This document shows, in pieces, positions 56,496 to 64,000 of a stretch of DNA of 64,000 bases (positions are counted from its first letter, which is position 1; each line of letters begins with the position of its first letter). The DNA comes from an uncultured Syntrophaceae bacterium. Lineage in GTDB: Bacteria > Desulfobacterota > Syntrophia > Syntrophales > UBA6807. The stretch lies in the NCBI GenBank assembly GCA_964523565.1, contig CAZGAK010000004.1:12933-76932 (forward strand). The letters are read 5' to 3'. The notes below the pieces were generated by a model. The model did not search any database. It was not told where the DNA came from and was given only the letters and a program-made list of their open reading frames with translations. The position numbers and the translations under genes were made by a program.

Positions 56496-57243
56496 AAAGC
56501 CCCCCGTTAACGTGAATGACACCTCCCGTAATGTAGTTGCCCCGGCTGGCAAGAAAGGCCACAACATCGGCCACTTCTTCAGGATGCCCCATCCGTCCCA
56601 GGGGAATATTCTCAAGAATCTTTTGCTGTACGTCATCTGGAAGACTCTTCGTCATAGCCGTATCAATAAATCCCGGGGCTACCGAATTGACGAGAATGTT
56701 CCGCCCCCATAATTCCTTGGCAAGAGATTTGGTAAAAGCATCGAGAGCCGCCTTTTCCATAGTGTATGGGATCTGTCCGCCGTTGCCGGTATGTCCTACC
56801 ACACTGGAAATATTGATGATCCTGCCGCTGTCCCTGCGGAGCATGAAAAGACGCAATATCCGTTTGGTCAGGTACCAGGTACCGCGCAGCATTGTCCGCT
56901 GTGAGTCAAATTCGCCGATTTTCATCGAATTAATATCGCTGTTAATCGATATTCCGGCATTGTTGACCAACACATCCACGCAGCCTGCTATACTCTTGAT
57001 AGACTTTGCCATTTCTTCCACTTCATCCACATCGGCCAGATCCGCTTTCAGAAGAAATCCGTCTTCTATTTGAGACAGGACATCCTTCGCCTGATCCTCA
57101 CTTCTTCGATAATGAATACCTATTTTAAATCCTTCAGCGGAAAGGGCTTTGCAACACGCAGCGCCTATTCCTGTTCCACCGCCGGTAACAATGGCAACAG
57201 GTTTTAATTCTGAATTTTGAATTTTGAATTTTGAATTATTCAT
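56485..57243 (-). CDS. fabG: 3-oxoacyl-ACP reductase (SDR)
   Basis: TGGGTGIG cofactor motif and the catalytic YTMEK. The start overlaps the fabA stop (ATGA). Confidence 0.9.
   Translation of the reverse strand: MNNSKFKIQNSELKPVAIVTGGGTGIGAACCKALSAEGFKIGIHYRRSEDQAKDVLSQIEDGFLLKADLADVDEVEEMAKSIKSIAGCVDVLVNNAGISINSDINSMKIGEFDSQRTMLRGTWYLTKRILRLFMLRRDSGRIINISSVVGHTGNGGQIPYTMEKAALDAFTKSLAKELWGRNILVNSVAPGFIDTAMTKSLPDDVQQKILENIPLGRMGHPEEVADVVAFLASRGNYITGGVIHVNGGLYGG
57202..57243. repeat. Heptad tract (TTTGAAT)x3 with flanking degenerate units, inside the fabG 5' end
   Basis: TTTTAAT TCTGAAT TTTGAAT TTTGAAT TTTGAAT TATTCAT, which encodes MNNSKFKIQNSELK on the minus strand. Confidence 0.85.
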
Positions 57244-57881
57244 ATGTCTCTCTTTATAATTCCCCCCTTGGAATTGGGTGACATCTTCGGATAATCGGGA
57301 TAGACAATTCCCTTGAAGATTCCCGTACGGGCCTTTTGAATGGTCATTATCATTTCATCATCCACGAATACTTTGCCATCCCCTATGACAATACTTGAAC
57401 CTGAATCCTTAAGATGAGAAAACCGCCTGACATCAATTTCATAACGGACCGTTTGATTATAGGGTCGTATCTGTCCATTGAAGGAAATTTCCTCGCATCC
57501 CAATGCCCTGCCGCCGCCTAATCCTCCCTTCCAGGTGCAGTAAAAACCCAACAATTGCCAAATTGCGTCCACGCAAAGGCAACCCGGCTGTACGGGATCT
57601 CCCGGCATGTGGCACTGAAAATACCATGCGTCCATCCTTATATCCTGCTCGGCGATAATAGACCCCTTCCTGCCGTCACTCTTTATTGAAAGGATGCGAT
57701 CCGCCATGAGGAAGGGGGGTGCGGGTAAACGGGCATCGAAACCTTCAGGCGCATCATCAACCAATCGTCCGTAAGCAAAAGCAATCAGGTCGTTCAGTTC
57801 AAAACTTTCTTTTTTCATAAATTCAGAGTATTTCACTGTTTCCTCACATCCGGTTTTTAACTTGAAACTCGAAACTTTCAT
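57240..57881 (-). CDS. fabA: FabA-type 3-hydroxyacyl-ACP dehydratase/isomerase
   Basis: LPAPPFLMADRI and FQCHMPGDPVQPGCLCVDAIWQLLGFY...GGGRALG. The start is either ATG at 57881 (ATGA overlap with the KAS III stop) or ATG at 57818 (MKKESFEL). Confidence 0.85.
   Translation of the reverse strand: MKVSSFKLKTGCEETVKYSEFMKKESFELNDLIAFAYGRLVDDAPEGFDARLPAPPFLMADRILSIKSDGRKGSIIAEQDIRMDAWYFQCHMPGDPVQPGCLCVDAIWQLLGFYCTWKGGLGGGRALGCEEISFNGQIRPYNQTVRYEIDVRRFSHLKDSGSSIVIGDGKVFVDDEMIMTIQKARTGIFKGIVYPDYPKMSPNSKGGIIKRDI
57859..57879. repeat. Heptad tract AACTTGA AACTCGA AACTTTC
   Basis: Read directly, at the KAS III/fabA junction. Confidence 0.75.
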
Positions 57882-58864
57882 TCCAGGATCTTCAGCATCG
57901 TTCGGACCCACGTAAGCCCCGAACCAACCATGATTAATGCTATATGGTCTCCCGGTCGAAGTCTGTCCCAATTCTGACTCAGGACACACGGAGCGCTTGA
58001 GCATCCCGTATTGCCGTAATCCACAACATTGTACCAGTGATCTTCTTCAGATACATCGCACCTCTCGCATACAGTCTTCAGCATTCCCAAATTTGCCTGA
58101 TGCCCCACAAACTTGAACCGGCCTGAGTTTATGGGAAAATCTTCCTGTAACTTCCTGAGCGATTCTGTCGTTTTACGGATGGCAAAACCCTGAACGGCGC
58201 TTCCATTTTGCCTGAAGTGTCCCAGTCGGGGAACACAAACCTTGTCCCACGACAACGGATTTGAATCACAAAAAAACGCCTCAAATACCATTTTTGAAGA
58301 AACGGAAGCGGACACAACGGCGGCGCTGCTTCCATCACCAAACAGCGGTACCGACCTCCGGTCGGAATAGTCTATCGTACGGGTGAGGTTTTCCGGATTC
58401 ACGACCAGGATATAAGGTGGAAGTGTTTCAGGCTTCATATCGGACAAAAACTTGAGATCCATGCCAAAGCTGGAACATGCAGAATTAAGATCGAAACAGG
58501 GAACATCAATCCCCAGTTCCGCCGCCACGGTGGACGCTTCAGCCGGGGTAACGTAATCCGGCGCCGAACTTCCTGATACAACCATTCCCACATCTTCAGG
58601 CTTCAGCGCGGCGCGCTTCAGGGCCAGACGTGCTGCAAGAGCCCCCGTTTGCGCATTCGTGTACAGACTCGCCTCAAATGCTGCCCGCGTATCCTGATTT
58701 TTTGTCGTTTTTATATAATCCAGGGGCAGGCTCGTGCGGCGGGTACGGATACCCACACGCTCCAGAATCCACTCCTCGCTGCTTCCTATATCCAGTTCTT
58801 CCAAAAACCGGTTGGTAATTACATTTTCCGGGTGGAAATGGCCCACCCCATGAAGATACAGCAT
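57878..58864 (-). CDS. KAS III-like (FabH family) condensing enzyme
   Basis: Cys-His-Asn triad contexts LNSACSSF, VGHQAN and YGNTG. Confidence 0.85.
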   Translation of the reverse strand: MLYLHGVGHFHPENVITNRFLEELDIGSSEEWILERVGIRTRRTSLPLDYIKTTKNQDTRAAFEASLYTNAQTGALAARLALKRAALKPEDVGMVVSGSSAPDYVTPAEASTVAAELGIDVPCFDLNSACSSFGMDLKFLSDMKPETLPPYILVVNPENLTRTIDYSDRRSVPLFGDGSSAAVVSASVSSKMVFEAFFCDSNPLSWDKVCVPRLGHFRQNGSAVQGFAIRKTTESLRKLQEDFPINSGRFKFVGHQANLGMLKTVCERCDVSEEDHWYNVVDYGNTGCSSAPCVLSQNWDRLRPGDHIALIMVGSGLTWVRTMLKILE

Positions 58865-58867
58865 TTT

Positions 58868-60067
58868 TTATACTAACTCCCGTCCTATAATCATATCCTG
58901 AACTTCTCTTACCCCTTCATATATGTCGATAATATGAGCATCCCGTGCCAGCTTGGAGATCTCATATTCCGACATGAAACCGTAACCGCCATGGAGATGA
59001 AGACCCTCTTTGGTACAGAAAAGGGCCGCTTCCGCCGCAGTATTTTTCGCCAGAGAGGCATAAATCCCTCTGTCTTCGGCCTGTTCCTGAACTTTGAATG
59101 CCGCCTTCATCAGAGCCAGATCGGCCAGTTCCACTTTTTTCCACATCTTGACCAGTGTGTCTCTCGCTACGGGCATATCACAAATCCTCTGCCCGAACTG
59201 CTTGCGCTCCTTCGTATATTCTAAAGTTACATCGAAGGCCCTCTTAGCCAGACCGACGCCGATTGCCGCAACCATGGGTCTTGCATAATCAAGCACCTCA
59301 ATGGCATATTTGAAACCGAGTCTCCTGTTACCTATGATCTGGTGATCTTCGATAACTACGTCCTCAAACTTTACCGTTGCCGTATTCGACAGGCGCTGTC
59401 CGAGTTTGTCTTCCGGTTTGCCCGTTATTACCGTACCTCCTCCGGGCACGGTGATCTCCCTGGCATCGAAAGGCTGAGAAGTAACTATTCCATTATGAAT
59501 AGAATCCGAGGGGATAATTACACAGGCCACCATAAGGCTACCCGGTTTTCCCACCTTGCAAAAGACGGTAAATTGGGAGGCGTATGAAGCATTGGTAATA
59601 AAACACTTTTCCCCGTTTAAAATATACTTTCCATCATCTCTTTTTTTAATAAATGTAGTCATGGCCAGGTTATCAGAACCTGCACCCGGTTCCGTCAGAC
59701 AGAAAGATGAAATTATGGGGGCTTCAACAAAGGGACGGAGAAAGGCCTCTTTTTGTTCCTCCGTTCCATTCTGTGCAATGACGACATTGGCAAGATCGTT
59801 ACACATGGCCGATGTTGAAACTCCTGAGTCGCCATAGGACAGTTCTCTAACGATCAACGCGCTGGATACTATATCTATTTCGTATCCCTTTACAGATTCC
59901 GGAATGCTCAAGTTTAACAAACCGATCTCCCAGGCCTTATCTATTATATGCTGTGGAAAAGCATGTTCCTGTTCCAACCTCATAACATCTGGCAGTATTT
60001 CGCCTTTGACAAACTTTCGAACCGTATCCACATACATCTGCTGACTATCAGTCAGGTTGAAATCCAT
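58868..60067 (-). CDS. Acyl-CoA dehydrogenase family flavoprotein
   Basis: 399 aa with CLTEPGAGSD and the C-terminal catalytic region IYEGVREVQ. Confidence 0.9.
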   Translation of the reverse strand: MDFNLTDSQQMYVDTVRKFVKGEILPDVMRLEQEHAFPQHIIDKAWEIGLLNLSIPESVKGYEIDIVSSALIVRELSYGDSGVSTSAMCNDLANVVIAQNGTEEQKEAFLRPFVEAPIISSFCLTEPGAGSDNLAMTTFIKKRDDGKYILNGEKCFITNASYASQFTVFCKVGKPGSLMVACVIIPSDSIHNGIVTSQPFDAREITVPGGGTVITGKPEDKLGQRLSNTATVKFEDVVIEDHQIIGNRRLGFKYAIEVLDYARPMVAAIGVGLAKRAFDVTLEYTKERKQFGQRICDMPVARDTLVKMWKKVELADLALMKAAFKVQEQAEDRGIYASLAKNTAAEAALFCTKEGLHLHGGYGFMSEYEISKLARDAHIIDIYEGVREVQDMIIGRELV

Positions 60068-60108
60068 AATTATTCTCCCTTTGTGATTCGTTTAAACCCG
60101 AATCGATT

Positions 60109-61059
60109 TCATAGACGATTTTTTTCAAACAGCCGGCTTGCTGCCGAAAGGGTGGTAATGGACAGGCATGGCACACCTGCAGTTTTGAAGAATTCCCTGA
60201 GGGGGCGGCTCGGTCCTATTTCAACAATCGAGTTTGCCACGGAAGCCATGGCTTCCATATTTTGTCTCCACTGGACCGTGCTGCTTAATTGAGATGCCAG
60301 TTGATCAATAATTTCACTGCAATGGTCTGAATAAAAACGACCGGTGAAATTTGAGGTAACTTTTTCTGCGTTTTTCGGTGTCAACTTCAAGATGAGAGCC
60401 CGTAAGGCCTCTTTAAAAGCTTCCATCACGGCATTCATAAAACGGCTGTGGAAGGGTGCGCTTACGTTGAGAGGTACGAAACGAAATGATTGCTTTCCGC
60501 TGAAAGCTTCCTCAAGACGATCCTTCGCTTCGGGCATTGCACTCGATTTACCGCTTATAACGACCTGATTGGCAGAGTTGTCATTCGCCAAATCAATTGG
60601 CAGTTCACTTAATGTCTGTCGGACCATGTTTAAGTCCAGATCATCTGATATAACAGCCGCCATCCCTCCCATTCCCGCGGGTGTTGCTTCCTGCATGAGT
60701 TGGCCGCGAATACTCACGACTTTCAGGGCTTCGGAAAAAGGTAAAACACCGGCAGCAACCAGGGCGGTGTATTCGCCCAGGCTATGGCCACCAAAATATT
60801 GAGGGGTAAAATTATATAGGGAATGGAGTCCACGCAGCATGGCAATTTCCGTTGCAAGAATACATGGTTGGGCATATTTTGTCAGATTCAGTCTTTCGTC
60901 CTCTCCAAAACACATAGTCGCAACATCCCAACCCAGGATGTCGGATGCTTCATGATATGTGTCTCTGCTCACGGGAATATTCTCATAAAAGTCCTTCCCC
61001 ATGCCGGGACGTTGAGCCCCCTGTCCGGGAAAGGCAACAGCTATAATCGATCCATTCAT
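60109..61059 (-). CDS. fabD: Malonyl-CoA:ACP transacylase
   Basis: FPGQGAQ and GHSLGEY motifs. Confidence 0.9.
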   Translation of the reverse strand: MNGSIIAVAFPGQGAQRPGMGKDFYENIPVSRDTYHEASDILGWDVATMCFGEDERLNLTKYAQPCILATEIAMLRGLHSLYNFTPQYFGGHSLGEYTALVAAGVLPFSEALKVVSIRGQLMQEATPAGMGGMAAVISDDLDLNMVRQTLSELPIDLANDNSANQVVISGKSSAMPEAKDRLEEAFSGKQSFRFVPLNVSAPFHSRFMNAVMEAFKEALRALILKLTPKNAEKVTSNFTGRFYSDHCSEIIDQLASQLSSTVQWRQNMEAMASVANSIVEIGPSRPLREFFKTAGVPCLSITTLSAASRLFEKNRL

Positions 61060-61189
61060 TATGGACAGTCTCTCCTTGTTTTCGATTCATTAAGTACAAT
61101 ATTACGGCTTTCATTCTCTTTGCATGATTCATGCCAGCAACAATTACCCAGTTGTTTCTATGCCTAACATGCCGATATTACTGAGCATA

Positions 61190-61205
61190 TGGAACATTAT
61201 CTGCT
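61190..61205 (+). promoter_or_regulatory. Candidate sigma-54 promoter element
   Basis: TGGAACATTATCTGCT has GG and GC at the consensus spacing of TGGCAC-N5-TTGC. It lies about 295 nt upstream of the kinase ATG. Confidence 0.25.
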
Positions 61206-61498
61206 CATGGTTTGTCATGTGAATAGCGTTGCAAGGTGTGTAATTTCCTTCGCAGCCGGAAGGATACTACGCAACATTCAAGTTAAGCCTGGGGATGGGG
61301 AATTTGGAAGCATGAAACGAATTGAAGATTTTTATGTTTTTTGATAGTGTACAATCCTGTTTTTTAAGGTGTTGCAAAATCTATTGAAATAATAATATAT
61401 GAAATGCTTCTTTTTCTTGAACAGAATAAAGTGGTAAGAAAAAAATAACTCAGTGGAGTTCCCCGCCCCATCACAATCCCCGAACGGGACAATAAAGT

Positions 61499-63001
61499 AT
61501 GGAAACTTTTGTAGCAGCAACGATTAGCCTGACCATATCGACGGCTCTTATCATCAAAGGAAAGAAAAATCCTCTTTATCTTTCCTTTGCTGTTTTATGT
61601 TTCGCCTTATTTTCTCAGAAAATAGGCATTTTTTTGTATGGGATTTTGCATACCGATTATTGGAAAGCTGTATATTACCTGGGTATCCTTTCTATACCAC
61701 CCCTTGCCATTACATTCAGTCGTTATTTGCTGCACCACCACACGTTCTTATCCAGACGAGACACTATCTTGACAGGTTTTGTAAGTCTTCTGATTGTTGC
61801 AGCCCTTTTTACCCCTTTATTCCGATGGCATTACCTTAATATCTTATTGTACATATATTGCGGTCTTGTCCTGATTTACTGTTTCACAGCCCTTATCCGC
61901 CAAATTATGGAAGAGCCTCCGGGTGCTGAAAAAAAAAGGCTGGTCTATGTGGCAAGTGCCTGTATCGTGGCCGCTGTCTTCAGCCTTTCCGATGTATTGA
62001 ATAGCTATGGATTACCTCCACTGTCCGACATAGCCCTTGTCGCTCTCATCTACTTCCTCTTCATTATTATCACCCACACGGATATTCCGGAATTGTATGA
62101 AATCATGCTGAGGACTATCCTGATTTTTTTCGTTATATTGTTTGCGACCGCTGTAATTTACGTAGTTACCGATTTGTTTGATGAGAGGCAAAAGCTTTCG
62201 TTTACAAGTGTCTTTATGGCATCCTTCCTCATCGTAATCCTGATAGACCCTCTCAAAATGATTTTGAGAAAAACTTTCAGTTATTTCTTTTTTGATAAAA
62301 AAGACCTTTCAGCTTCTCTTTATTCGATTGACGACGAGTTGGAGAAAAAGAATTTTGCCCTTCTCGAAGAGACGGCAACGGGCCTTGCCCATGAGATACG
62401 AAACCCCCTTGGTTCTATAAAAGGTGCAGCCGAGTACCTTAAAGAAGTGGATACGACGGAAAACCCCAAACTTCTTGACATCATTATAGAAGAAACAGAC
62501 AGACTGAATACCGTCGTATCTCAATTCCTGAATTATGCAAAACCTTACGTAATGAATGCGGAAAAACAGGACATAAACAATATCATCAAGAAGGTTATCT
62601 CCCTGATTAAAGCTACAAATCTTCCGGAGAATATTACAATCGAAGAAAATCTTGACCCTGATTTGCCGGATGTTAAGATGGATGGGGAACAAATGATCCA
62701 GGTTATTCTGAACATGGCATTGAACGGAATAGATGCCATGCACGATGGCGGCACTTTAAGTTTTGCAACATCAAGGATAAAAAATGACGGGGGGAAAAGA
62801 GTGGAAATTACCGTTCGTGACACAGGTCGTGGGATCAATAAAGAAGACTTGAAAACGATTTTCAAGCCTTTTTTTACAACGAAGAAAAAAGGTACCGGCC
62901 TTGGTCTCCCAATATGTCAAAGGATCGTCAAAAACCATGGTGGTCATATTTATGTAGAATCGACTCCCGGCAAGGGAACGGCATTTTTTGTAAGGCTTTG
63001 A
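61499..63001 (+). CDS. Membrane sensor histidine kinase
   Basis: About 7 N-terminal TM segments, H-box LAHEIRNPL and HATPase boxes (DTGRGI, GTGLGL). Confidence 0.85.
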   Translation: METFVAATISLTISTALIIKGKKNPLYLSFAVLCFALFSQKIGIFLYGILHTDYWKAVYYLGILSIPPLAITFSRYLLHHHTFLSRRDTILTGFVSLLIVAALFTPLFRWHYLNILLYIYCGLVLIYCFTALIRQIMEEPPGAEKKRLVYVASACIVAAVFSLSDVLNSYGLPPLSDIALVALIYFLFIIITHTDIPELYEIMLRTILIFFVILFATAVIYVVTDLFDERQKLSFTSVFMASFLIVILIDPLKMILRKTFSYFFFDKKDLSASLYSIDDELEKKNFALLEETATGLAHEIRNPLGSIKGAAEYLKEVDTTENPKLLDIIIEETDRLNTVVSQFLNYAKPYVMNAEKQDINNIIKKVISLIKATNLPENITIEENLDPDLPDVKMDGEQMIQVILNMALNGIDAMHDGGTLSFATSRIKNDGGKRVEITVRDTGRGINKEDLKTIFKPFFTTKKKGTGLGLPICQRIVKNHGGHIYVESTPGKGTAFFVRL

Positions 63002-63109
63002 CTGCGTCATATGCTCAATTGACTTGACAGCAGCTATAACCCATAATAGTTATCTATTTTAAAGGGTATAAAGGGAGAGGGAGCATTTTTGACTTTCAAC
63101 GAAACCATC

Positions 63110-63137
63110 AAACTTTAAACCTGAAACTTGAAACTTA
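63110..63137. repeat. Heptad tract AAACTTT AAACCTG AAACTTG AAACTTA
   Basis: Read directly, ending 7 nt before the regulator ATG. No SD is visible. Confidence 0.8.
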
Positions 63138-63144
63138 GATTATT

Positions 63145-64000
63145 ATGAAGAAGATTTTAGTAGTTGATGACGAATCAAATATGCTCCTCGTTTTAGAGGC
63201 TATGCTCAAAAAAGAGGGCTATCAGGTCGCTACGGCATCTGATGGACTTGAAGCTCTTGATGTTCTGCGTGATGATGACGATGTGGCCGTTGTCGTCACC
63301 GATCTGAAAATGCCGAACCTCGATGGCCTTGGTCTTTTGGCCGAGGTAGTCAAGAATTATCCTTCCATACCTGTCATCATAATTACCGCACACGGTACAG
63401 TAGAAACAGCGGTGGGAGCCCTGAAAAAGGGAGCATTTGACTATATTACCAAGCCATTTGAACAGGAGGACCTGAAAAGCATCACACATAAGGCCTTTAA
63501 GACCCGGATTTTAAGCGAAGACGAATTGGTCCTGGCTCCTGAGGAAATAGATCATTATAATATCATAGGCACCAGCCAAGAGATGTTGAAGATATATGAT
63601 ATTATAAGAAAAGTAGCACCTACGATGACTACCATACTCATTACGGGAGAGACAGGTACGGGAAAGGAGCTCATTGCCAACGCAATTCATAGAAACAGTC
63701 CTCGCAAGGATAATCCCTTTATAAAAATCAACTGTGCTGCCATTGCGGAAAACCTGCTGGAAAGTGAGCTTTTCGGATATGAAAAGGGGGCTTTTACCGG
63801 CGCTATCAACAGAAAACCGGGGAGATTTGAACTGGCCCATAAGGGCACCCTTTTTCTCGATGAAGTAGGAGAACTGCCAAAAGATATGCAGGTAAAGCTG
63901 CTCCGTGTTATCCAGGATCAGGAATTTGAAAGGGTAGGTGGTCTCCGCACCATCAAGGTCGATGTCAGGCTAATTACGGCAACAAACAGAGATCTCTTCA
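63145..64000 (+). CDS. Sigma-54-dependent response regulator (NtrC family), N-terminal 285 aa; continues past right edge
   Basis: REC domain (ILVVDDE...VVTDLKMP), AAA+ Walker A GETGTGKE and the GAFTGA loop (YEKGAFTGA). Confidence 0.92.
   Translation, partial: MKKILVVDDESNMLLVLEAMLKKEGYQVATASDGLEALDVLRDDDDVAVVVTDLKMPNLDGLGLLAEVVKNYPSIPVIIITAHGTVETAVGALKKGAFDYITKPFEQEDLKSITHKAFKTRILSEDELVLAPEEIDHYNIIGTSQEMLKIYDIIRKVAPTMTTILITGETGTGKELIANAIHRNSPRKDNPFIKINCAAIAENLLESELFGYEKGAFTGAINRKPGRFELAHKGTLFLDEVGELPKDMQVKLLRVIQDQEFERVGGLRTIKVDVRLITATNRDLF

Noticed and set aside
58129-59288. Short ORFs on either strand overlapping the KAS III and ACAD genes (e.g. 58129..58341, 58934..59224, 59094..59288)
   Set aside because: They are out of frame with, or antisense to, strongly supported genes and show no motifs.

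Overview
This is a 64-kb bacterial chromosomal segment with about 60 protein genes. I saw no rRNA, tRNA or CRISPR array. The gene content (class III RNR nrdD, Na+-translocating decarboxylase membrane subunits, a molybdopterin oxidoreductase, a PAS hybrid kinase, a sigma-54 two-component pair, several Usp genes) suggests an anaerobic Desulfobacterota/Syntrophia-like organism; that is inference only. Layout: (1) 1-3.9 kb holds the conserved rpmH-rnpA-yidD-yidC-jag-mnmE cluster on the minus strand, followed by uvrB, ubiE, uvrC and mntP. (2) 9.7-13.5 kb is a small decayed accessory island. It contains a 229-bp TIR element with 11-bp direct repeats, a radC remnant, a lipoprotein, a pRiA4b-ORF3-like protein, a nucleotidyltransferase-fold protein coupled to a tiny partner ORF, and a possible integrase N-terminal remnant. 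(3) 13.5-52.8 kb is mostly housekeeping: VOC, ogt, proB-obg-rpmA-rplU, hybrid kinase, polar amino-acid ABC transporter plus FAD oxidase, HD dNTPase plus nrdD, gmhA-grpE-dnaK, PLD-like protein, LpoA-like protein, surE, Usp, cupin, MopB, birA, an SSF symporter, rnd, and decarboxylase gamma/beta/biotin-carrier subunits. (4) 52.9-61.1 kb is a tightly coupled 10-gene minus-strand operon encoding a self-contained type II FAS/PKS-like lipid pathway: FabD, an acyl-CoA-dehydrogenase-family protein, KAS III, FabA, FabG, a FabZ-like dehydratase, a KS, a dedicated ACP, a PlsC-type acyltransferase and a PPTase. It has no recognisable enoyl-ACP reductase and is my best candidate for an unusual system. (5) A sensor kinase and an NtrC-type regulator lie at the right edge. 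Two non-genic signals recur across the window. The first is two related ~145-bp MITE-like families (4 full copies, 2 fragments), one of which supplies the last codons and stop of birA. The second is a set of 7-nt-periodic repeat tracts (GTTTCAA/TTGAAAC and AATTCAA variants) at 10 or more intergenic or 5'-proximal sites. All functional calls come from motif recognition by eye; no database search was run.
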